From: Myxococcota bacterium
GTDB taxonomy: Bacteria > Myxococcota > XYA12-FULL-58-9 > JABJBS01
Assembly (NCBI GenBank): GCA_036339465.1
Contig: JAYZAY010000054.1
Span: forward strand, 1-64,000
Length of the DNA stretch: 64,000 nucleotides
Reading direction: 5' to 3'
Numbering within the stretch: the first letter of the stretch is position 1; the number at the start of each line of letters is the position of its first letter. Below are positions 20,692 through 29,907 of this stretch, piece by piece. The notes under the pieces were generated by a model. It was not told where the DNA came from and did no database searches. It saw only the letters and a list, made by a program, of their open reading frames with translations. The translations under genes and the position numbers were made by a program.

Positions 20692-21120
20692 ATCCGGAAA
20701 CCCGATTCACAAAAATGTTCGTCCCCCCAAGAAATGAGTCGTAATATCAACTCTTTGTGATCAGGGTCACATTGCTTCTTTCCACTCGCAAACAGCGTTT
20801 CCCCCACTGACCTTCTAACCAATGAGTCTTTCCAAAAAATATAAACTTTTTTCTAGAATGGGATTCTAAAGCAATAGAGTTCTGCTTCCCTGGAGAGTTC
20901 TTACTCAGGAAAACAAGTCGCTTAGTGCCGAAGTGTGTGTGGGGGCTCTTAGGTGCAGTTGTCCTTGTTGTTAAAGACTCGAGTTACGGGAGATGTCATG
21001 TCGGTAATCAGCCGCAGCCTTCGAAAAAGATAGAATCGCTCTTGTCGTTTCTTAGGTTTGTCGATGGCATTGAATCCAAGCTTTCACGATAGCCTAGCCA
21101 CTGGTCAAGCAGCCAAAGGC

Positions 21121-22197
21121 CTATCGCCTAGAGTTCAACGCTCCGACCAACTGTTTACCCGTGGGGATTCCCTTGCCCTCAGTGTAATAATCTCGAAGCT
21201 TTCCATATCCTCTCACAACATATGCCTGAGCCTCTCTTCTCGTGCTGGCTCGAGTAAAAGCGCTGCCGGTAACTCGACTATATTGCCCCGTGAAATTGTG
21301 CAACTCACCCAAAGCCGCCTTCAAAACATAGTCGGTTAATGGGTGCAGATCGCTCTTCATATCGCCGGCGGTCGTAAGTGGGGCGCTTGCTATTTTGTGC
21401 AACAAACTATCCTTAGGCGGCGTCTTGCCCTGCGCGCACGTCTTTATGTCGTTCGCAAGGATCTCGACCGCTTGGTAGTACGCATCTACGATCGCTTTTT
21501 GAACATCATGAGTAATTGCATTTGTCCCCCCGGAGCCGTGAGAAATCCATGCTGTCTTCTTGTACTTTGCTTGGTAGCCATCTGAAGGTTGCGGCTCAGT
21601 AGCAGGAAGCAATTTGACAAGCTCCAGGGCGGTATTCATTGAAGACGCTGCGATCTCCGCCCTCTTTTCGTGCTCGCTTTTTCCCTCCGGGGCTGAGTCG
21701 GCCGATGTTAGGTTGAAGCCCTCAGTTACGCTCTTTCCCTCCTTGCTGGCGACTACGCCGGCGGTAACTCCACCAAAAACGGCGTTTGCTAGGCCCGCAG
21801 CGTCATTCTCTGAAGCCTTCTGCAGGGCATCCCCCGCAGAGGAGATGATGGAGCCTAAGATACTCATGCCGCCTCCAGTAAGGACATTTCCTGCCAGCAT
21901 TACCAGGGTGCCTGCCACATTCATTGCGATCGCTGCTGTTCCAGAGCCCGTTTTTTCTCGTTTCGCTTCTAGGATAGCATTGGTTATCGCATCGCAGCTG
22001 GTAGCAATTTCCAAACGCACAATTGCGAACATATTATGTGCAATCATGGCGTTCGCTTGTGCCATGCGGGCTTCGACGAAATCCAAACGCTGCGACTGTA
22101 TTCTCACCAGAGTGAGTAGGGGCTTGAGATCGGGTGGGATGGTTGAAGCCACTTCACGAAAGAATTTAGCTGTTAGTTCTTGTTTCTTGGTTTCCAT
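21121..22197 (-). CDS. Hypothetical helical protein with a Gly/Ala-rich hydrophobic segment
   Basis: 358-aa ORF; AAIAMNVAGTLVMLAGNVLTGGGMSILGSIISSAG; no signal peptide. Confidence 0.65.
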   Translation of the reverse strand: METKKQELTAKFFREVASTIPPDLKPLLTLVRIQSQRLDFVEARMAQANAMIAHNMFAIVRLEIATSCDAITNAILEAKREKTGSGTAAIAMNVAGTLVMLAGNVLTGGGMSILGSIISSAGDALQKASENDAAGLANAVFGGVTAGVVASKEGKSVTEGFNLTSADSAPEGKSEHEKRAEIAASSMNTALELVKLLPATEPQPSDGYQAKYKKTAWISHGSGGTNAITHDVQKAIVDAYYQAVEILANDIKTCAQGKTPPKDSLLHKIASAPLTTAGDMKSDLHPLTDYVLKAALGELHNFTGQYSRVTGSAFTRASTRREAQAYVVRGYGKLRDYYTEGKGIPTGKQLVGALNSRR

Positions 22198-22855
22198 ATT
22201 TTCATTCTAGCCTTAGCGTTTAGGAAACTCAAACTTTGAACCTTGCTGGGGATTCTCTGAAACTGAGTCCTAAGAGATTGAAGGAAATGGAGTTTGAGTA
22301 TGCGTGACGCTCTTTGAGACAGGGTGACGGACGGGTGGGGTTTGCCGCATTCATTTGAGGTGATTCTGATGTTTTTGGTTGAGATTTTGAAAAGGCTTTG
22401 GTGATTTTTGAAGGATCACGTCAATGCCAGTGGATTATTGGAGTAGTTTAGTGCCTAAATGGGAGGGTAAAACTCCTAGGCACGCGCATGGGTTTCTTTT
22501 TTTCTCGGGTGGGGGTGTTTTGAGTTCTTAGCAGCCTCTTGTCGGGGATGTGGGTACGGATCGTTTTTGTTTTCACGTAAATTTAATGAATTTCCACCAG
22601 CACTTGGGTCAATGATGGTTGTAATTTGGTATTATGGCTTTGTTTAATGATCGGTTTAGTTCTCGCCTTAAAGGGGGTAGGCTACGGACGCTTCAGTGAT
22701 AGTGGGGAAAACCTAGGGAAGATGAGAGTTGATATGGGGTTGGTGAATTGGCGAAGCACCTGGAATGTTTTGGATTCGGTTGAGCCGTATGAGTCTCGAC
22801 GCCATCGTGGGTGTCGGGATCTCCGTGATGCCTAAAACCAATAAGGAGTAGGGAA

Positions 22856-24472
22856 ATGAAGTGCTTTTGGATAAAAAGAAGCTACTGGCTAGCTTCTTTT
22901 TTGGGTAGTTTGGCTTGTTTGGGCGTTGCAGACAATGCTCAAGCATTCTGTGGATTTTATGTGGCTGGTGGGGAAAGCAGCCTTTTCAACGATGCGACTC
23001 AAGTGGTGTTGATGCGCGACGGAACCCGAACCGTTCTTTCGATGCAGAACAACTATCGTGGACCTCTTAGTGACTTTGCGATGGTGACGCCGGTGCCACA
23101 AGTGTTGCAGCAGGAGAATGTCAAAACGCTTTCACCTGACGTTTTCAAAAAGATTGATACTCTCACGGCGCCTCGATTGGTGGAGTATTGGGAGAAAGAC
23201 CCCTGTGAACCTGAATACGAAATGGACGATACGATGACGGGTACCGGGACGGCGGTAGCAGCTTCGACTGCAGGCGGAGGTCCAGAGGCGGTTGTGGTGG
23301 AAGCAGAATTTGAAGTGGGGGAATATGAAATAGTGGTCCTTAGTACCAATGACTCCAGCTCGCTAGAAACTTGGCTGGTTGACAATCAGTACAGCATCCC
23401 CAGTGGTGCGGACACGCATTTTGAGCCCTATGTTGAAAGCGGTATGTATTTCTTTGTGGCGAAGGTCAATGCCGAGAAAGTAACCATGGTAGATGGTCAA
23501 GGCGTATTGTCGCCCCTGCGTTTCCACTTTGATTCAAATGAGTTTAGCCTTCCTATTAAGTTGGGGTTGATTAACTCGAATGGAAGTCAGGATTTGATTG
23601 CCTATATCTTAGGCAAGAATCAGCGGTATGAGGTCGCGAACCGCAAGAGTCTCACCATTCCCACCAATATCGAAGTCATTGACGATGTCCGAAACAATTT
23701 TGGGGAATATTACCGAATTCTATTTTCTGAGGCGATTGCCCAGAATCCCGGTGCGGCTGTTACCGAATACTCCTGGGATGCAGGGAGCTGTGACCCTTGC
23801 CCAGGCCCGATCTTGGATCAAGAGGATTACCTGACGTTTGGTGCCGATGTCTTAAATTCGGATGACGGTATGTGGGCATCGTGGGTGGTTACGCGTCTTC
23901 ATGTGCGCTATGATTCCAATACCATCGGGGATGACTTGGTTTTTCGAGTCGCATCGCCTATTGCAGGTGGTAGAGAGCGGTATAGTAGTCCAGGAGTGCT
24001 AGAAACAGGTTCGAGTTCTTCTTCCGTTAACAATTTCCAGGGGCGGTATATTATACGACACCCGTGGGAAGGGCCCATTGAATGTGATGAACCACATTCG
24101 AAGAGTCGATGGGGTGGCCCCAATGGCAGTGATTCCGTTGGCGCTCAGGCTGCGCTTAGTCCCAATTCTGGAGGAGCGTCGGCGCCCGCTACCGACACTG
24201 GTGGCGGCGCTGCCAATAACACCGGCACTGGTACTTCGCCTCAAAGCTTCCCTCAATTGCCATCGGATAAATTGAAGGACTTGGTGTATGATGAGATTCC
24301 TGAACTTGAGGTTGTCCCCACGGCGGTGCGTCCGGCCACAGGAACCACCTCCAAGGAGGGTTGCGCATGCTCAACCCATGATGCGGCGGCGGGAACGGGA
24401 TGTTTACTTCTAAGCCTCGGGATGTTTTATTATGGGATTCACCGGCGCCGTCGGTCTTTTAACCGACGATAA
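22856..24472 (+). CDS. DUF2330 domain protein with MYXO-CTERM-like anchor
   Basis: Signal ending AQA|FCGFYVAG, TVLSMQNNY, LTAPRLVEYWE, CDPCP, VVTRLH; C-terminal GCACS..TM..RRRR. Confidence 0.9.
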   Translation: MKCFWIKRSYWLASFLGSLACLGVADNAQAFCGFYVAGGESSLFNDATQVVLMRDGTRTVLSMQNNYRGPLSDFAMVTPVPQVLQQENVKTLSPDVFKKIDTLTAPRLVEYWEKDPCEPEYEMDDTMTGTGTAVAASTAGGGPEAVVVEAEFEVGEYEIVVLSTNDSSSLETWLVDNQYSIPSGADTHFEPYVESGMYFFVAKVNAEKVTMVDGQGVLSPLRFHFDSNEFSLPIKLGLINSNGSQDLIAYILGKNQRYEVANRKSLTIPTNIEVIDDVRNNFGEYYRILFSEAIAQNPGAAVTEYSWDAGSCDPCPGPILDQEDYLTFGADVLNSDDGMWASWVVTRLHVRYDSNTIGDDLVFRVASPIAGGRERYSSPGVLETGSSSSSVNNFQGRYIIRHPWEGPIECDEPHSKSRWGGPNGSDSVGAQAALSPNSGGASAPATDTGGGAANNTGTGTSPQSFPQLPSDKLKDLVYDEIPELEVVPTAVRPATGTTSKEGCACSTHDAAAGTGCLLLSLGMFYYGIHRRRRSFNRR

Positions 24473-24479
24473 CTTCTGA

Positions 24480-24511
24480 GCTTAGTCGCTTAGTCGCTTA
24501 GTCGCTTAGTC
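24480..24511. repeat. 8-bp tandem repeat (GCTTAGTC)x4
   Basis: Four perfect copies directly after the DUF2330 stop. Confidence 0.9.
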
Positions 24512-24732
24512 GATAGTGAAGGCTGAGTCCTTTTTGCCACCAAAATAAAAATGAATTTATAGATTTCTTTTGAATCTCTGTTTTGGATGTTTTCATCGGT
24601 TTGAATCAGTGAATCAATCCTAAGAGGGATAAGAAAGCCAGGGTGCTCAGGCCTACGCGCGAGATGGAAAGGCGTGGCATCGTCTTAGGGGGTTGGTTCT
24701 TTAATTTATGAGTCGCTCGAAGAAAAAGAAAC

Positions 24733-25812
24733 TCAAGGTCCGTCGAAATGCATGTCTCGAAAGTCTGCGTGTAGGTTTTTCTGGATGACGTAGTTGGCCT
24801 TCGCCGTATTCAGAAAATCGATACTTGCCACATTCTGTCGATTGTTTCCGGCGAGCCACAGGTCATCTCTACTCGTTTGCGGGGCAGACCAAACGGCATC
24901 GCTGTAGGTCTTAATGTCGCGTAAGTAGGAGAATGTATTGAACCAAATTCCACGCATGCCAGCAGTCCTGGTTGCTGGGAACTTTGCGGCCATACTGGCT
25001 TGTTTTAGGAGTACATTTTCTTTTTTGCTCAAGTCACCCTCTGAGCTTCCCAATAGTTGATAGACCGGGTCGGTTCCCGCGCCAAGTCTCATATCGGGGG
25101 TCGTTGGGTTGTCGCCGGATTCCGCTTTTTTCCACTGGCAAAATGTAATGCTGCGATTCAAATTAGGAATCTTTTTCCAGTCTTTGAGGGCATGAGACTT
25201 TCCACACACGAGAACACGTCCGCGAAGCTTACGAATTGGCTCCTTATCTATGTAATAGCAAAGCAAATCCCCTGCTATTTGGGGGGCGGGATATTGGTCG
25301 TTCAATTCATCGTTGAGTATCGTCAACATTTCTGTCGTGTAGGTTTTCTGCTTATCAAGCTTTAGAATGAGGAACTCTGATGGATTTTCGCTTATGAACT
25401 GAGCAATACCACGACAGATCCACGTCCATGTTTCGCCATACCGGCGTGCACCGGCAATGGTCTGAAGGACTGATCCGTGATATGCTCGATAGGTTCCGGC
25501 GTGTTTTGTAATACGAAGATCGAGTTGTCTCGCCCCACGGATCAGCTGATTGTAGACATTGTAGATTTGAGTGGTGAAGTTGTCATGAAACAACTGGTGG
25601 TCTCTATCGGAACTGAGTAAATCATCGATCCCGGCGATCGCACCCATAGCACCCGAAGCAAAGTATTGCAGTGGGTTTAAGTATTGCTCGGCCCCGAGTA
25701 TCTGAAAGCTCATACCGGTATCATGTGTTGCTGGAAGAACGATACTGTTTAGGAGGGCATCGTCAGGAAGGTGGCTCATCCATGTTCTTAAGGAAGGCAT
25801 AATTGTGCTCAC
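24733..25812 (-). CDS. PI-PLC X-domain phosphodiesterase (start may be ATG 25800)
   Basis: WMSHLPD..LNSIVLPATHDTG, QLIRGARQLDLRI, RAYHG, FISENPSEFLIL; no signal peptide. Confidence 0.88.
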   Translation of the reverse strand: MSTIMPSLRTWMSHLPDDALLNSIVLPATHDTGMSFQILGAEQYLNPLQYFASGAMGAIAGIDDLLSSDRDHQLFHDNFTTQIYNVYNQLIRGARQLDLRITKHAGTYRAYHGSVLQTIAGARRYGETWTWICRGIAQFISENPSEFLILKLDKQKTYTTEMLTILNDELNDQYPAPQIAGDLLCYYIDKEPIRKLRGRVLVCGKSHALKDWKKIPNLNRSITFCQWKKAESGDNPTTPDMRLGAGTDPVYQLLGSSEGDLSKKENVLLKQASMAAKFPATRTAGMRGIWFNTFSYLRDIKTYSDAVWSAPQTSRDDLWLAGNNRQNVASIDFLNTAKANYVIQKNLHADFRDMHFDGP

Positions 25813-26551
25813 TCCGGGGGCTTTGGTTTAGATGGGGTGGGGGCGAGGATGCTGTCGGGTAGTCTGGGTATTGTGCTGGAAAGATGCGCTGCTATCATGT
25901 TTATGTTTATCATGAGCATACTTCCCATTCCGCAACCCCAAGGTAGCTGCTAGCCTGTACTGGTTGAATTTTAAAGTCAAGCTTATGGTGCTTTTGGGGT
26001 TCCTAAATTTAATTCTACCCCAAGGTCTTCAGTTGGTCGTAGCTGAAAATTCTCGATTGTGCATTGGTTGAGGCGATGTCTTAAAATCGCACGGTCCCTG
26101 GGAAATTGGAAAGCGTGATATGCACAGAGGGGGAAAAGGATACGGAAGCCAGGGACCTTGGTGCCAAAACGATGCGCACCAGGGGAGTGGTGAGTTATCG
26201 GTTGGGGGGGGCGTAAGGATGGCTTGAGGACATTGCGTGGGCCGGTTTGTTTTTAGTGCGCATGGTTTTGTCTTTTTGAAGTTTTTCGTCGAGATTTCGG
26301 AGAAGGTTTGGGGTGTGGGTGACTTAATTTGTTTTGGGGATTGGTTTGGAGCCACCAGAGATGCGTTCTTTCATTTTCATGGGGGAAGCAGTGTCGCCAT
26401 GATTTTTTTGAATTTGGTTTTACCTTACGCCTTCGGCATTTTGGGCTCTCTTTCTTAATGATGAGCTTATGTAAGTGCGCGAGATTCTTGCTGTTTTTTA
26501 ATTATCTAAGGATAGTTAAACCGATTGATTTTTGTCTGGGGGGGCGAATTC

Positions 26552-26950
26552 ATGAGGGAAACGGAATTTCAGAAAGTTCGCAAAGCCTTGGAGGTGCTCT
26601 TCGGTTGTGTTGATGTGCCCATGCCGGAAAGGGTTGATAAGGATATACTGAAGAGTGCCTACCGGGAAAGGGTTTTCCAATGTCATCCGGATCGTGCCGT
26701 AGCCCGTGGTGGCGTGGAACCCGGTGCGGAGTCGAAAACGAGGACCATCAATGTCGCGTATTCTATTCTCAAAAAGAAAATGGCCGAGGGTGAGATCACT
26801 ACGAGGACATATTACCCACGAGGCCAAAGTAAAAGGAGAGAGACACGCTACCCCGCAGTGTCTCAAGATGGGGAAATTCAATTCACCAAGCAATATGTGA
26901 AGGAGTTGATGGAAGAAGAAGTTCATTTGGAAGCATTCAGAACTTGGTAG
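26552..26950 (+). CDS. Small J-domain protein
   Basis: LKSAYRERVFQCHPDR..INVAYSIL. Confidence 0.8.
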   Translation: MRETEFQKVRKALEVLFGCVDVPMPERVDKDILKSAYRERVFQCHPDRAVARGGVEPGAESKTRTINVAYSILKKKMAEGEITTRTYYPRGQSKRRETRYPAVSQDGEIQFTKQYVKELMEEEVHLEAFRTW

Positions 26951-27084
26951 AAAAAGACAAAGAAATTGTCTCGCCCCTCCCAGTTGTTGCCACTGTGCGT
27001 TGCCTCAGGTTGATTGGAATCATTCAGCTTTAGGGTTGCTCTCTGAGGCTCGGCCGCTAAAGCAACCAACCAAGGTATGTTAAT

Positions 27085-27347
27085 ATGGGGCGTCCGAGTA
27101 AATTGAATGTTGCGCACCGGCGCTCAGCGATTCTAGGGGTGTTGAGTAGGAAGGAGTCAGGGGCGAAAACCACCCGCCGTTACGGAGTTAGTGAACCGAC
27201 ACTTAATGGTGACGTGACGACTTCATCGGCAATGGGAAAGAGGATCTCAAAGGCAAGGTGGGGGCTTTGAAAATCACCATCGCGAAGAAAATGCTGAAAA
27301 AATTGCCCAGCACTCCAGCCCACCCAAAGAGCTTCCAAGAGCGGTAA
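27085..27347 (+). mobile_element. Degenerate IS transposase HTH (IS3 OrfA-like) remnant
   Basis: MGRPSKLNVAHRRSAILGVLSRKESGAKTTRRYGVSEPTL, then a frameshift and TGA at 27207-27212, continuing RDDFIGNGKE..KVG..TIAKKMLKK. Confidence 0.6.
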
Positions 27348-27504
27348 GCGAAGAGCCTGCACGGCTTGCCGATCTTGGTGTGTTGCTGTTTTTGTCGCAG
27401 CACAAAGCCAAGGGTCCCCAAAACTTTTACCGGCCAGGGCCCAGGCCCAAACGCCCCATAGGACCGGTTGCCAAGGAACAACCCATATGGGTTTCACTCC
27501 ATTT

Positions 27505-27828
27505 CTACGTTGTTACTCGAGGAGGGGGGCAAAAGTAGATTTTACACGCCCGATACTGGGTCCGTTCACGGGGGCAGGAGCTCGGCTTACCTTCTGAGTT
27601 AGACAAACCCTTCACTTGGACAACCATCCGTGAGGGAAGCGGCATTTCGTTGGGGAGAGGAATCGTTGTTTTACTATCGGCTGCGGAATCGAGAATCGAC
27701 TTAGGTTGGAAGAGGGAAGATTCATTTTGCCAATTTAGAACTTCTTCGCTGACCGGTGACCGGTCGGTGCGCCAAGGGGATGTGCTGGGAACGTGGATAT
27801 ACTTTGGGTCGTTGGCATTGGCCGTCAT
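27505..27828 (-). CDS. Hypothetical protein directly downstream of tssK
   Basis: ATG with RBS GGGAG, 24 bp after the tssK stop; no recognisable domain. Confidence 0.35.
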   Translation of the reverse strand: MTANANDPKYIHVPSTSPWRTDRSPVSEEVLNWQNESSLFQPKSILDSAADSKTTIPLPNEMPLPSRMVVQVKGLSNSEGKPSSCPRERTQYRACKIYFCPPPRVTT

Positions 27829-27852
27829 TGGGTTATGCTCCCAGCAAACACC

Positions 27853-29112
27853 TTAATCCACCCGCCAATACATGAATGACCGCGTGTTGGATAGTTCTGG
27901 GCGGTCAAAGAACGCCAGGGCTCCATCCCGCACCGCATAATCCCACTCTTCCCCGTCGTTGAGCTTATAGAACTCAACCTCGGCGCCAAAAGTATGGTGA
28001 AACGGCGGCGTTTCGACCTTTTGAAGGGCGATACCCCCTAGAGAAAGCTGGTGAACCATTTGAATCCGACTCTCACCGGCCAACTTAAAGCCATTGAGAT
28101 TCATCTGGCTGCCCACGCGCTCTTTTTGTAGGAGCCAGTAGACTTCTTTGGCCTTACTGGCCTCGGGAGGAAGCTTACAAACCAGGAGCCCCTGATTTAT
28201 CTGAAACGGCGCATAGGGCATTTTCGTCCGTGAGGTTCGAATAAGGTTTTCAAGCTCATCCAACAATGTATTGAAAAGCGGCCCTAAGCCCTGATGGTCA
28301 TAAACGAGCTTCAACGAGGGAGGCTGTTTTTCCCGATAAATTGACACATCCAGGTAAAAACCATGCATTGCTCTGAAAATATCGTAGGGGTGGTAGCGAA
28401 TATCCCCGTCTAAGTTCGCCAAAATGGCCTGGAATTCATAGAGCCCCCTTAAACATTGCTTCGCTGAAAATAAACTTGCACCGCCCAAATAGTGTTCTTG
28501 GATATCGTCAACGAGGGCTTGATGAAACGCCTCTGTAATAGAATTGGCTTTTTCAAAGACATGGTCAAAGAACGGGGAGCGTTGGGTAGACACGGTCGGA
28601 GGTATATATTCCTGGCTTAATGACCAAACCCCATCCACATCTTTTTCGAAATCCCCAAGTTTGAAGGAATGGAGGGAGGTTTCCGAGTAGGGGCTGGCTG
28701 ATAACTGTATACGCTGAAGGATCTTGTCGATGCTCTCTTCATCTTCGGATTCCATGTCGCCAGAATGCAATGTCTCAAACCCGGACTGGAGGTGTAAATA
28801 GAGAGAAACCTGTGAAGACCCAGCGATGTTCAAATTCATGGCATTGGGTTGTGTGTTTCCCGGGATATCCACCAAAACGCCACTGGGTAAAACCAGGGTC
28901 AATTCCTTTAGGCTGACGATGCCCTCGAGAAATTGGAAAGGATCCCATTCAATACTTGCCAAACCCCATTGGGGGAGTGAAAAGTTTGTAAAACGAAGAT
29001 TGCTTTCTTCCCGTAGAGAATGCTCTTGGGCATAGAAATGCTCTGGCAATAAGGCTTGCCCAATTTGCCAGTACACGCGTGCGGTCTGATGGTTGACTTT
29101 TCTTATAGCCAT
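27853..29112 (-). CDS. tssK: T6SS baseplate subunit TssK (IglD-like)
   Basis: RVYWQIGQALLPEHFYAQE, WGL, HPYDIF, YDH. The ORF-track TTG start (29187) lies inside a hairpin, so ATG 29112 is preferred. Confidence 0.88.
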   Translation of the reverse strand: MAIRKVNHQTARVYWQIGQALLPEHFYAQEHSLREESNLRFTNFSLPQWGLASIEWDPFQFLEGIVSLKELTLVLPSGVLVDIPGNTQPNAMNLNIAGSSQVSLYLHLQSGFETLHSGDMESEDEESIDKILQRIQLSASPYSETSLHSFKLGDFEKDVDGVWSLSQEYIPPTVSTQRSPFFDHVFEKANSITEAFHQALVDDIQEHYLGGASLFSAKQCLRGLYEFQAILANLDGDIRYHPYDIFRAMHGFYLDVSIYREKQPPSLKLVYDHQGLGPLFNTLLDELENLIRTSRTKMPYAPFQINQGLLVCKLPPEASKAKEVYWLLQKERVGSQMNLNGFKLAGESRIQMVHQLSLGGIALQKVETPPFHHTFGAEVEFYKLNDGEEWDYAVRDGALAFFDRPELSNTRSFMYWRVD

Positions 29113-29172
29113 ATAGATGTAATGCCGATATTCGGGGTGTGGAGTCAATGGAAATCCGAAAGAGGAGAGATG

Positions 29173-29200
29173 AAGTTCCCCACTCAAGGATGGGGAACTT
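29173..29200 (-). terminator. Stem-loop between tube gene and tssK (terminator or mRNA stabiliser)
   Basis: AAGTTCCCCA-N8-TGGGGAACTT, perfect 10-bp stem; weak U-tract. Confidence 0.55.
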
Positions 29201-29216
29201 TAACGAGGTTAAGCTG

Positions 29217-29852
29217 CTAAGCTGCGTTAACCTTGATTCCCCAGCCCCAGCAGGTTTTACTGTTTTTGGCAGTTGCAAAGTTCAGCGCTGACATAACATT
29301 CGCATCGGGGACCACCTCAAAATACATGTTATACATGTCAATTTTGATGTTGGGTGCGATTTGAGTGGGACTAGATGCCAATGTCATTTGGATCGTGCCA
29401 CCTTGGTCATTGATCTTCCCTTGCAGCGCAACGGCAGGAAAGCAACGCTCGAACCAGTCGGCTTCTTCTTGATCAAATTGGCATGCCCAATAGTTGAGGT
29501 TTGCGATGTCTGACGTACCCACTGAATCTGTCTTCTTAGCCGATAGCTGATTGAAGTTGGCACTCGAGACATAAACAGAGAAGCGGAGCGCATCACCGGC
29601 TGCGCCTCCCCAGGAGTACGAGTCCAAAATTGCGGCCACGGTTCCTGTTTTCAAGCCGGTATCGTCATCACCAGTCAAACTAAAGTCCGGGGCACTTGTG
29701 TCGTCGTACTTATAGGGAGAGTAGACAACAATATCCGGCTCCAGGGCATAATCCAGAATGGTAAGGGTAGGTAGATATCCTACGGTCTTGTTCTCGCTCC
29801 AGTTAGGTAGACACGCTTGTCTCCAATCACACTGAACATTTGTTAAACTCAT
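29217..29852 (-). CDS. T6SS tube protein, IglC/Hcp-like
   Basis: 211 aa, strong RBS AAGGAG, sits between tssC and tssK as in iglABCD; beta-rich; no canonical Hcp1 motifs. Confidence 0.7.
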   Translation of the reverse strand: MSLTNVQCDWRQACLPNWSENKTVGYLPTLTILDYALEPDIVVYSPYKYDDTSAPDFSLTGDDDTGLKTGTVAAILDSYSWGGAAGDALRFSVYVSSANFNQLSAKKTDSVGTSDIANLNYWACQFDQEEADWFERCFPAVALQGKINDQGGTIQMTLASSPTQIAPNIKIDMYNMYFEVVPDANVMSALNFATAKNSKTCWGWGIKVNAA

Positions 29853-29907
29853 TATAAGCTCCTTAAATGGAAAAGTTTTCGTTCAAATCACTGTATCTTT
29901 TGTGGGG

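Noticed and set aside
21614..22210. 198-aa + strand ORF, and similar antisense ORFs such as 13856-14416 and 48535-49185
   Set aside because: Shadow frames of longer, better-supported genes on the opposite strand
24480..24511. Possible CRISPR array
   Set aside because: 8-bp units without spacers; no cas genes in the window
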